Shown: positions 27,303 to 41,332, numbered from the stretch's first letter. The stretch is 64,000 bases of DNA from an uncultured Pelagibacteraceae bacterium (GCA_902557935.1 CACECJ010000004.1:1168-65167), one strand, 5' to 3'. Translations and numbers: made by a program. Notes: generated by a model from the sequence alone, not told the origin.

Positions 27303-28287
27303 ATGAAATTTTTAGATCAAGCAAAGATTTATATTAAAGCTGGAAATGGTGGATCAGGATCTGCAAGCTTCAGAAGAGAAAAGTTTGTGGAGTATGGTGG
27401 ACCAGATGGAGGTGACGGTGGTAACGGGGGATCTATAATTTTCCAATCAGATAGAAACCTCAATACGTTAATTGATTTCAGGTATGCTCAACATTTTAAG
27501 GCACAACATGGAAAACCTGGGAGTAAAAGAAATAAAACTGGAGCTAATGGAGAAGATTTGATTTTAAAAGTTCCATTAGGAACTCAATTATACGAGGAAG
27601 ATAATAATACCTTAATTTACGATTTTACAAAAAATAAAGAAAAATATCTTGTGGCATCGGGAGGCAAAGGGGGTCTTGGCAATGTAAGATTTAAAAGTTC
27701 GACGAATAGAGCACCAAGAAAAAAAAACTAATGGAAAATTAGGTGAAGAATTTTGGATATGGCTTCAATTAAAAGTAATTGCTGATATTGGAATTATTGG
27801 TAAGCCAAATGCTGGTAAATCCAGTTTGCTTGCAGCGTTAACAAGAGCAAAGCCAAAAATAGCAAACTATCCTTTTACAACAATTAATCCAAATTTAGGA
27901 GTGTCTTACTACGGAGGGAAAGAAATTACTTTGGCTGATATTCCTGGATTGGTGGAAGGTGCACATAAAGGTGTTGGTCTTGGAGATAAATTCTTAAGAC
28001 ATATAGAAAGATGTAAAATTTTACTTCACTTGATAGACCTATCAGACAGCAATTTGTTAAATTCTTATAAAAAAATCAAATTAGAACTATCTAATTATGA
28101 TAAAGATTTAATAAAAAAAAAAGAAATTATTTTTTTTAATAAATCAGATTTGTTAGAAAACAATGAGATAAATGAAAAATTAAAGGAATTTAAAAAGAGA
28201 ATTAAAACTAAATATGAAATTATTTCTGTTTATTCTAACAAAGATATTCAAAGAATGAAAAAATTGTTGATTAAGTATGCTAATTAA
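27303..28287 (+). CDS. obgE: GTPase ObgE/CgtA (apparent +1 frameshift in A9 run 27719-27727)
   Basis: Gly-rich Obg fold (GGPDGGDGG), then [18 protein letters not shown] and NKSD in the next frame. Confidence 0.93.
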
Positions 28288-29368
28288 GAATGCTAATAAA
28301 ATAGTTATAAAACTTGGCTCTACAACTGTTGTGGACAGTAAAGGTATTTTTAAAAAAAAGTGGGTAACTTCCTTAATTAAAGATATAAAAAAATACGGAA
28401 AGGGGAAAAACTTCGTTATTGTCTCTTCAGGGGCTATTGCCCTTGGCCAAAAATATCTTAAAATTAAAAGAGGTAAAATTAAATTAGAAATGAGTCAAGC
28501 TATTGCAGCAGTTGGTCAAATTCATTTAGCAGGAGAATTTCAGAAATTGTTTGAGAAGTATAAGATTAAAACAGGTCAAATTTTAATTAGTCCAGATGAT
28601 ACCGAACAAAGAAGGAGAGCTATTAATGTAAGAAGAACTTTTGATAATTTATTCAAACTTAAAGCTATCCCCGTAGTAAATGAGAATGATTCAACTGCAA
28701 CAAGTGAAATAAAATATGGAGACAACGATAGATTAGCTGCAAGAGTAGCTCAAATTATTGGAGCTGACATGCTGATATTGTTTTCTGATGTTGACGGACT
28801 TTATGATAAGTCAAAAGGTAAAAAAATTATAAGAGAAGTAGCCTCAATTAGCGAGAAAATTACATCACTTATAGATAATAAGAAAAATAAATTTGGGTCT
28901 GGAGGAATCGCTACAAAATTAGACGCTGCTAAAATTTGTATGAATTCAGGCAGTCACATGTTTATTGCAAATGGTAAAGTAAGTAACCCGATTTTAAATA
29001 TGATCAAAAATAAAAAATATACTCATTTCCTTCCAAAAATTTCTACTTTAGATGCTAGAAAAAAATGGATAATTGGTTCTCTTAATTACAATGGCACAAT
29101 TTATATTGATAGTGGAGCTGCTAAAGCTTTATTAAATGGTAAAAGCTTACTCGCCGCTGGCATAATAAAGATTAGTGGAAATTTTAAAAAAGGAGAAAAT
29201 GTAATAATTTTAGATCAAAATGATACTCAGCTAGCAAGAGGATTGTCGTCTTTCAGCTCTATTGAAATAGATAAAATTAAAGGCAAACAAAGTAAAGAGA
29301 TCGAAACAATTCTTGGTTACCTCAGTAAAACTGAAGTAATTCATAAAGATGATATGGTATTATTATAA
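28277..29368 (+). CDS. proB: Glutamate 5-kinase with PUA domain
   Basis: VIKLGS, VSSGA, NEND and GDNDRLAA. Confidence 0.96.
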   Translation: MLIKNANKIVIKLGSTTVVDSKGIFKKKWVTSLIKDIKKYGKGKNFVIVSSGAIALGQKYLKIKRGKIKLEMSQAIAAVGQIHLAGEFQKLFEKYKIKTGQILISPDDTEQRRRAINVRRTFDNLFKLKAIPVVNENDSTATSEIKYGDNDRLAARVAQIIGADMLILFSDVDGLYDKSKGKKIIREVASISEKITSLIDNKKNKFGSGGIATKLDAAKICMNSGSHMFIANGKVSNPILNMIKNKKYTHFLPKISTLDARKKWIIGSLNYNGTIYIDSGAAKALLNGKSLLAAGIIKISGNFKKGENVIILDQNDTQLARGLSSFSSIEIDKIKGKQSKEIETILGYLSKTEVIHKDDMVLL

Positions 29369-30611
29369 ATGAGTTATTTAGAATCGATAGGAAAAAATGC
29401 AAAAAAAGCCTTTGAGGATTTAAAGGGAGTAAAACATAAAAAAATAAAAAAAGTTTTAGAGAATTATAATCAGTCACTTTTGAAAAATACTAATAAATTA
29501 ATCAAAGAAAATTCAAAAGATGTAAAAAATGTTAAACGAAAATATTTAGTTGACAGACTTATTTTAAATAAAAAAAGAATTGAGGGTATTAGACATTCAA
29601 TAAACGAGATAGCGAAATTTGAAAATCCAGTTGGTAGAGTTTTGGAAACGTGGCTTAGACCAAACAAATTGAAAATAAAAAAAGTAACAACTCCAATAGG
29701 CGTGATTGGCGTTATTTATGAGAGCAGACCAAATGTTACCGCTGATGTTGCTGCTTTATGTTTAAAATCTGGTAATTGTTCTATTTTAAGAGGTGGATCT
29801 GAAGCTTTTAATTCAAACAGGTTGCTAGCTAATTTATTCAGAGATAATTTGAGAAAAAATAATATTAATCAAAATTGTGTTCAGTTTATTGAAAATAAAA
29901 ATAGAAAATTAGTAGATCAACTTTTATCAAAAATGAGCGAATACATTGACGTAATTGTACCAAGAGGAGGGAAAGGACTTGTAGCGAAGGTACAAAAATT
30001 TTCTAATGTACATGTCATTGGCCATCTTGAAGGATTGTGCCATATTTATGTTGACAAAACTGCAAATATAAAAATGGCAAAAAATTTAATCATAAATGCA
30101 AAAATGAGAAGAACAAGTATTTGTGGTGCAGTTGAAACTCTACTGATCGAGGAAAAAGCTTTAAACTCACATGCTAAAGAAATAATAAATGCCCTACTGG
30201 ACTCAGGTTGTGAAGTTAGAGCTGATAAAAAAGTAAATAAACTTTTTAATGGAAAATTAAAAAAAACTATAGAAAGAGATTGGAAGACAGAGTATTTAGA
30301 TGCAATTATTTCAATCAAAGCTGTTAAAAATGTAAATGGTGCTGTCGAACATATTTTGAAGTATGGCACAATGCATACCGATAGCATTATTACTAGCAAT
30401 AAAAAAAACGCAGAGATTTTTTTTAAATGGTGTTAATAGCTCAATAGCAATGCATAATGTTTCTACTCAATTTGCTGATGGTGGAGAATTTGGTTTTGGC
30501 GGTGAGATTGGCATTTCCACAAACAAACTACCACCTAGGGGCCCAGTGGGAATTAATCAATTAACATCTTACAAATATCTTGTTTCCGGAAAAGGAATTG
30601 TTAGACCATAG
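29369..30611 (+). CDS. proA: Gamma-glutamyl phosphate reductase (apparent +1 frameshift in T8 run 30417-30424 or A8 run 30401-30408)
   Basis: [11 protein letters not shown] and ICGAVE; C-terminal [20 protein letters not shown]...RGPVG lies in the shifted frame. Confidence 0.93.
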
Positions 30612-30614
30612 TTG

Positions 30615-31145
30615 ATGGCAAGTATCCAAAAAAAATATATTGGTTTGTTAGGTGGTAGTTTTGATCCCGCTCACAAAGGACACTTGGGTATTTCAAAGAT
30701 CGCTATAAAAAAATTTAAATTAAAAAAAATTTATTGGGTTATTACCAAAAGGAATCCCCTCAAAAATAAAACTTTTTATTCTTTAGATGAAAGAATCGAA
30801 TATGCAAAAAAAATAACTAAAACTCAAAAAAAAATTAAAACAATTTATCTAGATAATATTATAAAATCTTCCAGATTTGTTGATGTGATTAACTATTTCA
30901 TAAAAAAAAGGAAAATTAAAAATATCCTCTTTATAATTGGTTCAGATAATTTAATACGATTTCATAAGTGGAAAAGCTGGAAAAAAATACTAAAATTAGT
31001 AAAATTAATAGTTTTTTCCAGAAAAGGATATGATAGAAAGGGAATGAAATCAATTGTGGTTAAAAATTATAAAAATAAAATTATCTTCGTTAAAAATAAG
31101 CCAATTTCTATATCATCAACTCAAATAAAAAAATTACAAGTTTGA
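30615..31145 (+). CDS. nadD: Nicotinate-nucleotide adenylyltransferase
   Basis: GGSFDPAHKGH, IIGSDN and ISSTQIK. Confidence 0.93.
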   Translation: MASIQKKYIGLLGGSFDPAHKGHLGISKIAIKKFKLKKIYWVITKRNPLKNKTFYSLDERIEYAKKITKTQKKIKTIYLDNIIKSSRFVDVINYFIKKRKIKNILFIIGSDNLIRFHKWKSWKKILKLVKLIVFSRKGYDRKGMKSIVVKNYKNKIIFVKNKPISISSTQIKKLQV

Positions 31146-31152
31146 ATATCTA

Positions 31153-31500
31153 ATGGGAATCACTAAAATTAAAAATGATATTGAAAAAATATTAGATGAT
31201 AATAAAGCTCAAAATATAACATGCATTGATTTAAAAAATAAATCATATATAGCGGATTATATGTTCATAGCTTCCGGGACATCTTCGAGACATTTGCAGG
31301 CATTATCTGAAATTCTTGTAACTCAATTAAAAAAATTAGGAATAGAAAATTGTCGTATTGAAGGAAAAGAAAGTAGTGATTGGAAATTAGTAGATGCACA
31401 TGATGTGATTGTGCACATCTTTCACCCAGAAAAAAGAGAGTTTTATGACTTAGAAAAAATGTGGTCAGAAGAAATTCCAAAAGAGAAGGCAATGATATGA
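31153..31500 (+). CDS. rsfS: Ribosome silencing factor
   Basis: IASGTSSRH and WKLVD..DVIVHIF....REFYDLEKMW. Confidence 0.95.
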   Translation: MGITKIKNDIEKILDDNKAQNITCIDLKNKSYIADYMFIASGTSSRHLQALSEILVTQLKKLGIENCRIEGKESSDWKLVDAHDVIVHIFHPEKREFYDLEKMWSEEIPKEKAMI

Positions 31501-32633
31501 GAAGATTAATATTTTTTTATTCTTTTCTTTTTTTCTTTATTACAACAGAGGTTTTTTCAAAATCTAATCTTTATGAAAAAATTGATCTCTTTGGAGAAGT
31601 TTTAGAAAACATCAAAAAAGAATATGTTGACGACATCGATCAAGCTGAAATAATGGACTCAGCCATTAATGGTGTGTTGCAATCTCTTGATCCATATTCG
31701 GCGTATATGAGTCCAGATCTTTTTAAAGAAATGCAAACTGATACTAGAGGGGAGTTTGGAGGCTTAGGAATTGAAATTGGAATGGAGGCAGGAGTTGTAA
31801 AAGTTATATCTCCAATTGATGATACCCCCGCTGCAAAAGCTGGAATTAAAGCAGGAGATTATATTGTTAAAATTGGGAGTGACCAAGTTCAAGGTAAATC
31901 TTTGCTAGAAGCTGTTAAATTAATGAGAGGCCCAGTGGGATCAGCAATAGAGCTTACCGTAAGAAGAAAAAATGTAAAAAAACCTCTGAAATTTAAAATT
32001 GTAAGAAAGATTATAGAAGTTCAGTCTGTAAGCTCAAATATTGTTGGTGACCAAAAAGATTTGGGATACATAAGGCTAAAATCTTTTAACGAAAATAGTG
32101 ATAAACAGTTTTTAAAGTCCGTTAAAAAATTTGAAAAAAACTCAAAAATAAAAGGCTACGTTCTTGATCTAAGAAATAATCCTGGGGGCTTATTAACACA
32201 AGCAATAAATATTACTGATTTTTTTCTAGAGGACGGAGAAATTGTTTCGACTAAAGGAAGAAAAATTTCGGAAACAAGAAAATTTTTTGCGAGGAGAGGC
32301 GATGAGATAAATGGAAAACCTATAGTAGTTTTGATTAATAATGGTTCTGCCTCGGCATCTGAGATTTTTGCTGGAGCCTTAAAAGATCACAAAAGAGCTA
32401 TTATTCTAGGAGAAAATTCATATGGAAAAGGATCGGTTCAATCAATTATACCTTTAAAGAATGGAGGTGGAATTAGATTAACTATTTCAAAATATTATCT
32501 ACCATCTGGTAAATCAATTTCAGAAGTTGGGGTTGAGCCAGATATTTTAGTTGAAGAAGATGGAGATAATTTCCAAATCAATACTGATAAAGATAATCAA
32601 TTAAATTACGCAATTAAACTATTCAGCTCATAA
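31497..32633 (+). CDS. ctpA: Carboxy-terminal processing protease (S41)
   Basis: LDPYS, PDZ domain, DLRNNPGG, SASASEI and YGKGSVQ. Confidence 0.93.
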   Translation: MRRLIFFYSFLFFFITTEVFSKSNLYEKIDLFGEVLENIKKEYVDDIDQAEIMDSAINGVLQSLDPYSAYMSPDLFKEMQTDTRGEFGGLGIEIGMEAGVVKVISPIDDTPAAKAGIKAGDYIVKIGSDQVQGKSLLEAVKLMRGPVGSAIELTVRRKNVKKPLKFKIVRKIIEVQSVSSNIVGDQKDLGYIRLKSFNENSDKQFLKSVKKFEKNSKIKGYVLDLRNNPGGLLTQAINITDFFLEDGEIVSTKGRKISETRKFFARRGDEINGKPIVVLINNGSASASEIFAGALKDHKRAIILGENSYGKGSVQSIIPLKNGGGIRLTISKYYLPSGKSISEVGVEPDILVEEDGDNFQINTDKDNQLNYAIKLFSS

Positions 32634-32637
32634 AATT

Positions 32638-33108
32638 ATGATTAAAAGCAAGTTACCTATGCGTAAGGGTGTCGGTATAATAATTTTGAATAAACAAAAT
32701 AAAGTCTTCGTAGCAAAAAGAAAAGATAACCCAATAGATAAATGGCAAATGCCGCAAGGAGGAGTAGACAAAGGAGAGGATTTTTATACTGCAATGCGAA
32801 GAGAGCTTTTAGAAGAAACGAGTATTAAAAGTATAGAAATTTTAAAGGAATTGGATGGTTTTTTTGAATATGAGCTTCCAGAAAAATTGATAGGAGTCAT
32901 TTGGAAGGGTAAATTTAGAGGTCAAACACAAAAATGGTTTATTGCAAAGTTTTTGGGTGATGAAAATGAGATAAACTTAAAGACTAAACATCCAGAATTC
33001 ATTGAATGGAAATGGATTTCACCTAATAAACTTCCTGATGTAATAGTAAGTTTTAAAAAAAGTTTATATATAAATCTTCTAAGAGAAATAAAAAAATTTA
33101 TCGATTAA
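32638..33108 (+). CDS. rppH: RNA pyrophosphohydrolase
   Basis: WQMPQGG Nudix box, RELLEET and FRGQTQKWF. Confidence 0.93.
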   Translation: MIKSKLPMRKGVGIIILNKQNKVFVAKRKDNPIDKWQMPQGGVDKGEDFYTAMRRELLEETSIKSIEILKELDGFFEYELPEKLIGVIWKGKFRGQTQKWFIAKFLGDENEINLKTKHPEFIEWKWISPNKLPDVIVSFKKSLYINLLREIKKFID

Positions 33109-33488
33109 TATTTTTTAGAGTTTGAAGTTTGTAGTATAATAAATATTTTTCTTTATCTGAAATTTTTTCATCGCTTAGTGTTTTTTCACTTTCTGCTATA
33201 AGATTATCAATAGAGTCTTTATTTAAATCTGACAGTTCTTTAGCCGTAGATGTTAAGATTAATAAATTATTTTTTAGAAAATTCTACGGTACCATCTTCA
33301 ACGAAAAAATTTCTCTCTTTATCGCCTTTTACATTAATTAAGCCAGGTCTTAAGAACGTGATTAAAGAAATATGATCTTTCAAAATACCCATTTCTCCTT
33401 CAAATGAAGGTATAACAGCTTCATTAGTCTCTGTTTTTAATATTGTTTTGTCTGGAGATATTATTTCAATAGTAAAGTTTTCAGACAT
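33098..33488 (-). CDS. atpC: ATP synthase F1 epsilon subunit (apparent +1 frameshift in homopolymer 33270-33275)
   Basis: EIISPD...GEMGILKDH...LRPG; removing one base continues ...SKNNLLILTSTAKE...YKLQTLKNINR to a stop at 33098. Confidence 0.9.
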
Positions 33489-33490
33489 TG

Positions 33491-35789
<2,299 letters not shown>

Positions 35790-35790
<1 letters not shown>

Positions 35791-37319
35791 TATATTTTAC
35801 CTTTTTTATAAGACTCAATAATTTCCCCAAGTGATTTCTCAATACTTTCATCAAGTTTTCCGGTTGTTTCAATGACATTGATAATATCAGGTTTTTCAGA
35901 TTTTACTTTTTCAATAATATCTTTCTCAAAAATTTTGATTTTACTTAAGTCAACATCATCAAGATAACCCCTAACACCAGTGAATACTGTTATTACTTGC
36001 TCTGCTACTGTCAAAGGAGAGTATTGATCTTGTTTAAGGAGTTCAGTTAATTTAGCTCCACGGTTTAATAATTGTTGAGTTGAGGCGTCTAGATCTGAAC
36101 CAAATTGAGCGAAGGCAGCCATTTCTCTATATTGCGCTAATTCTAGTTTTATAGAACCAGCTACTTTTTTCATTGCCTTTGTTTGAGCTGCAGATCCGAC
36201 TCTAGAAACAGATAAACCTACGTTAACTGCAGGTCTTATACCTTGGTTGAATAATTCAGTTTCTAAAAATATTTGTCCATCTGTAATTGAAATTACGTTG
36301 GTAGGTATATAAGCTGAAACATCCCCCGCTTGTGTCTCAATAATAGGTAAAGCTGTTAAAGATCCACCACCACTATTATTGTTTAGTTTAGCTGCGCGCT
36401 CCAAAAGTCTACTATGTAAATAGAATACGTCGCCAGGGTAAGCTTCCCTACCTGGTGGCCTTCTTAAAAGTAGAGACATTTGCCTATACGCAACAGCTTG
36501 TTTTGACAAATCGTCATATACTATTAAAGCATGCATTCCATTATCTCTAAAATATTCACCTATAGTGCATCCTGTGTAAGGTGCTAAAAATTGAAGTGGA
36601 GCAGAGTCTGATGCTGTGGCTGCAACTATTGTTGTATATTTTAATGCTCCAGCTTCTTCTAATGTTTTTGTAATTTGCGCAACTGTTGAGCGCTTTTGGC
36701 CGATAGCTACGTAAACACAATATAATTTTTTCTTTTCATCTGAAGATTCGTTTATTTTTTTTTGATTTATTATTGCATCTATTGCTACTGCTGTTTTACC
36801 AGTCTGTCTATCACCAATAATTAATTCCCTTTGACCTCTTCCTATAGGTATTAATGAGTCTATTGATTTAAGCCCAGTTTGCATAGGTTCATTTACTGAT
36901 TGTCTTGGAATAATTCCCGGTGCTTTCACTTCAACACGTTTTCTATTTTTAACTGAAAGAGAACCTTTTCCATCTATCGGATTACCAAGCCCATCTACAA
37001 CTCTTCCTAAAAGCTCTTTACCAACTGGAACATCAACTATCGCATTAGTTCTTTTTATTGTATCTCCTTCTTTAATTTTTCTATCATCACCGAAAATTAC
37101 CACACCCACGTTGTCGTTTTCTAAATTTAATGCCATTCCTTTGGAGCCATCTTCAAATTCTACCATTTCACCAGCTTGGACATTGTCTAAACCATAAATT
37201 CTTGCTATTCCATCTCCGACCGAGAGAACTTTTCCAATTTCAGAGACCTCTGCTTTCTCTCCAAAGTTTTTGATCTGATCTTTTAATAGTTTTGTTACTT
37301 CTGACGGGTTTATAGTCAT
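35790..37319 (-). CDS. atpA: ATP synthase F1 alpha subunit
   Basis: GDRQTGKT and [13 protein letters not shown]. Confidence 0.98.
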
Positions 37320-37320
37320 T

Positions 37321-37878
37321 TTATATTTCTAACATAACTTGTTCGTATTTTTTAAGTTTATTTTTTATTGATGTGTCGATCATAAAACTGCCTAGTTGAA
37401 TTTTAAATCCTCCAATGAGTTCTTTGTCCAACTTATAATCAAATTTTAAATTTAGTCCCATTGTTTCAGAAAGCTCTTTGCTAATAGTATCAAGTTCAGA
37501 CTCTGATAACTCTTTTGATGAAATTAAAGAAGCTTTCAACTCACCTCTCTTTTTTGCGCATATACTTAAAAAACTATCAAAAATTTTTTTTACAAAGAAA
37601 ATTCTTTTTTTTTCAATTAACAATAAAAAGAAGTTTTTTAAATTTTTCGAAAATTGTAACTTTTCAGATAGTATATTTATGAACTGATTCTGTTGATCAA
37701 TACTTTGAGTAGGGTTTTTAATAAAGTTTTTTATATCTAAACTTGAGTTAAAAAGAGAATAAAAAATTTTAATATCTCTCTCGACCTTGTCTAGCTCATC
37801 AGCATCTTTTGAGACCTCAAACAGAGCACGTGAATATCTTTCTGAAGTTTCAGTAGAGAAAGATTTGTTTTTGCTCAT
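37321..37878 (-). CDS. atpH: ATP synthase F1 delta subunit
   Basis: RYSRALF and LIGG...GSFMIDTS; first gene of the F1 operon. Confidence 0.93.
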   Translation of the reverse strand: MSKNKSFSTETSERYSRALFEVSKDADELDKVERDIKIFYSLFNSSLDIKNFIKNPTQSIDQQNQFINILSEKLQFSKNLKNFFLLLIEKKRIFFVKKIFDSFLSICAKKRGELKASLISSKELSESELDTISKELSETMGLNLKFDYKLDKELIGGFKIQLGSFMIDTSIKNKLKKYEQVMLEI

Positions 37879-37958
37879 TTTAGTTTAAGAATTTTTTGTG
37901 AAATTATGTTCAGGTCGTATCATAAGAGTATAACTTGATCAAGTTGCCAATTTACAAT

Positions 37959-39902
37959 TTACGCAAAATTAATTGGATCTACATCAACTGTAAGTTTTAT
38001 TTTAGATGAGATTTTAAGCCCATTTAGAACATTCATGATTTTTTTTTGCATTAAAAACCGATTACTAAACCTAATTAATAATCTAGATCTAAAATTTTTT
38101 TTAATCTTTAATAAAGGTGAGTCTACGGGGCCTAATATTTCTAGATCATTTATTTGATTTAATTTAATTTTCAATTCTCTAGCACCTTGTAAGCTTAAAC
38201 CTCTATTTTTGGATGAAATAATTATTGAAATTAGCCTCATATATGGAGGCAATTTATTTTTTTCTCTTAATAAAAGTTCATTTTTTAATAAATTTTCAGA
38301 TTTATTTTTAATTAATTCATTTAGTGTCGTGTCGTATGGAGTAAGTGTTTGATATATTATTAAAGACTTTTTACTAAAACGACCGGCTCTTCCACTTAAT
38401 TGATGATACAATTGAATATTTTTTTCAGTTGCTCTTAAATCATACCCTCTACCAGAAAAATCTGCATCTATAACTACAATACAATTAAGTTTTGGAAAGT
38501 TAAAGCCTTTAGAAATCATTTGAGTTCCTACTATTATGTCAACTTTATTCTCTTTTATTGCTTTAAATAAATTTTTTGTTTTTTCTTTTTTTTTTAAATA
38601 ATCACTAGAAAATATATTAATTTTTTTTTCAGGAAATATATCTTTAACTTCCTCATATATTTTCTCTACGCCTGGTCCATACATAATAAATTCACAATTT
38701 TCGTTTAATTTGCATTTTGTATTAATTTTTTTTTCAAAAGAACAATGATGACAAACAGCCTTATTTTTAATTTTATGATACGTTAAGTATAAAGAGCAGT
38801 TAGAACACACTTGTTTAAAACCGCATTTTTTACAAATTAAATAAGGAGCAAATCCTCTTCTGTTAATAAAGAATAAAACCTGATCACCTTTATCTGTATA
38901 ACTTTTCACTAAATCGATTGTCTCGCTTGAAATAAATTTATTTTTAATTTTATTTAAGTTTAAATTAATTATTTTTGTATCCGGAAGTGGAAAATTTTCA
39001 TATCGTTTAATTATATTAGTATGACGATATTTATTATTTAAAATGTTCTTATAAGTTTCAATAGATGGAACTGAAGTAACTAAATGTATAGGTATTTTTT
39101 CAAAATTTGCTCTTGATATAGCCATATCTCTTGCATTATAGATTACACCCTCATCTTGCTTATATGAAGTATCGTGTTCTTCATCTACAATAATTAATCC
39201 AAGATTTTTGTAAGGTAAAAGCAAAGCCGACCTTGCACCTATAAGCACTTTTATCTTATTACTTATCAAACCATTCCAAATTATTCTTTTTTTCTTAGGA
39301 GTTATTTTCGAATGCCAAATAGCTGGTTCAAAACCAAAAAACTCTTCAAATCTTAATTTAAAATCATTTGTTAAAAATATTTCTGGTAATAAAATTAATA
39401 CTTGGTTATTTTTTTTAATAACTTTCTTGATTCTTTCAAAATAAACCAAAGTTTTGCCCGATCCGGTTGTACCTTGTAATACACTTACATCAAATTTACC
39501 GTTGACTTTCTCTAGAAATTTAAGTGAATTTAGTTGCTCTTGATTTAGAATATATTTTTTTTTTTTAGTTTTCTGGAAATAGGATTCATTGTCTTTAGCT
39601 TTAATAAATTTATCTGTCCCTCCTATCACCATTTTTAAAACAAGGCCTATTGAAACCATGTTGTAAGCAGAAAACCATTCAATAAAATTGATCAGTTTTT
39701 TATCAATTGAATATCCTGTTCTCCTTTTTATATCTTTAATTTTAATATTTTTTGGCTCTGCGTAGCTGTTCTTCCAAACAACTCCGATTTCTTTTTTAGA
39801 ACCAAAAGGAACTTCTACCAAATCTCCAATTTTTTCATTTTGCTTTAGGTTATAAGTAAAAGGAAAATTAAAAACTTTGGGCAACAAAACTTGTGCTTTC
39901 AT
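37959..39902 (-). CDS. priA: Primosomal protein N'
   Basis: GTTGSGKT, DEEH, Cys-rich Zn region, GTQMISKG and QLSGRAGR. Confidence 0.95.
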   Translation of the reverse strand: MKAQVLLPKVFNFPFTYNLKQNEKIGDLVEVPFGSKKEIGVVWKNSYAEPKNIKIKDIKRRTGYSIDKKLINFIEWFSAYNMVSIGLVLKMVIGGTDKFIKAKDNESYFQKTKKKKYILNQEQLNSLKFLEKVNGKFDVSVLQGTTGSGKTLVYFERIKKVIKKNNQVLILLPEIFLTNDFKLRFEEFFGFEPAIWHSKITPKKKRIIWNGLISNKIKVLIGARSALLLPYKNLGLIIVDEEHDTSYKQDEGVIYNARDMAISRANFEKIPIHLVTSVPSIETYKNILNNKYRHTNIIKRYENFPLPDTKIINLNLNKIKNKFISSETIDLVKSYTDKGDQVLFFINRRGFAPYLICKKCGFKQVCSNCSLYLTYHKIKNKAVCHHCSFEKKINTKCKLNENCEFIMYGPGVEKIYEEVKDIFPEKKINIFSSDYLKKKEKTKNLFKAIKENKVDIIVGTQMISKGFNFPKLNCIVVIDADFSGRGYDLRATEKNIQLYHQLSGRAGRFSKKSLIIYQTLTPYDTTLNELIKNKSENLLKNELLLREKNKLPPYMRLISIIISSKNRGLSLQGARELKIKLNQINDLEILGPVDSPLLKIKKNFRSRLLIRFSNRFLMQKKIMNVLNGLKISSKIKLTVDVDPINFA

Positions 39903-39930
39903 AAAATAATTGTATTAGAAATTTTTCTAA

Positions 39931-41331
39931 TTAAAAATGAATTGGTCTTTTATCAACAGCTAATGCTGCCTCTTTAATTGCTTCTGTGTGAGTTGGGTGA
40001 GCATGGCAAGTTCTTGCAATATCTTCTGCACTTGCACCAAACTCCATAGCCAAAGCCATTTCTGCTATCATATCACCGCAGTGTGGACCAATTATATGCA
40101 CTCCTAAAACTTTATCTGTTTTACTATCAGCAAGTATTTTTACAAATCCCTCTGTTTCATTATTAACTTTAGCTCTAGAATTAGCCATAAAAGGAAATTT
40201 ACCTACTTTATATTCCTTTTTTTCCTCTTTTAATTTCTCCTCAGTTTTTCCAACTGATGCTACTTCAGGCGATGTATAAATTACACCTGGAATTACATCA
40301 TAATTAACATGGCCTGCCTGACCAGCTAAAATTTCTGCGACAGCAATTCCCTCTTCTTCAGCCTTGTGTGCTAACATTGGTCCTTTTATAACGTCTCCAA
40401 TTGCATAAATATTTTTAACTGATGTTTGAAGTTTTTCATTTACTTCCACTCTCCCTTTTTTATCTTTTTTGATGCCGATCTTAGTTAAATTTAAGCCTTC
40501 AGTATAAGGTTTTCGCCCAACAGAAACCAAGACTTTGTCAAAATGTAAAGTTTCATTTTTTGAGTCTTTTATATTAGTACAATTTAGTTCAACTCCATCA
40601 TTTGTAGATTTAACACTATTTACTTTTGAACCCATTTTAAATTTAAGACCTTGTTTTGTTAAAATCTTTTTAAACTCACTAGAAATCTCTCTATCCATAC
40701 CAGGGGTAATATGATCGAGGTATTCTATTACTGTAACATCAGAACCAAGTCTTGACCAAACAGAACCCATTTCTAAACCTATATACCCGCCTCCAATAAC
40801 AGCTAATTTTTTTGGAACTTTGCTTAATGACAAAGCCCCAGTCGATGAAATTATATTCTTTTCATCTATATTTATTCCTGGGATAGAAGATACAGAAGAG
40901 CCTGTGGCTATAACTATATTTTTAGCTTTATAGTTACTTTTTTTATTGTTTTCATAAACAACTATATCGTTTTTAGAAAACAAAACTCCTTTACCTTTGA
41001 TATAAGTGACTTTGTTTTTTTTAAATAAAAACTCAACACCTTTAGTTAAAACTTGTACAGATTTATTTTTGTTAGACATCATTTTTTCAATATTTAGCTT
41101 AATGCCATCCAGTTCAATGCCTTGATTATTGAAATCTTTTTTTGCTTTATGGAAATTGTCCGATAAATTTAACAAACTCTTTGATGGAATGCAGCCAACA
41201 TTAAGACATGTGCCTCCTAGTGTTCCTCTTGACTCAATACATGCTGTTTTAAATCCTAATTGTGCTGCTCTAATTGCACATACATACCCACCAGGTCCTC
41301 CTCCAATTACTACTAAATCAAAACTATCCAT
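39931..41331 (-). CDS. lpdA: Dihydrolipoamide dehydrogenase
   Basis: GGTCLNVGCIPSK and HAHPTHTE. Confidence 0.97.
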   Translation of the reverse strand: MDSFDLVVIGGGPGGYVCAIRAAQLGFKTACIESRGTLGGTCLNVGCIPSKSLLNLSDNFHKAKKDFNNQGIELDGIKLNIEKMMSNKNKSVQVLTKGVEFLFKKNKVTYIKGKGVLFSKNDIVVYENNKKSNYKAKNIVIATGSSVSSIPGINIDEKNIISSTGALSLSKVPKKLAVIGGGYIGLEMGSVWSRLGSDVTVIEYLDHITPGMDREISSEFKKILTKQGLKFKMGSKVNSVKSTNDGVELNCTNIKDSKNETLHFDKVLVSVGRKPYTEGLNLTKIGIKKDKKGRVEVNEKLQTSVKNIYAIGDVIKGPMLAHKAEEEGIAVAEILAGQAGHVNYDVIPGVIYTSPEVASVGKTEEKLKEEKKEYKVGKFPFMANSRAKVNNETEGFVKILADSKTDKVLGVHIIGPHCGDMIAEMALAMEFGASAEDIARTCHAHPTHTEAIKEAALAVDKRPIHF

Positions 41332-41332
41332 A

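Noticed and set aside
27007-33488. Calling rpmA, obgE, proA and atpC pseudogenes or programmed frameshift genes
   Set aside because: These are core genes with no other decay; each defect is one extra base in a homopolymer, and I saw no stimulatory structure
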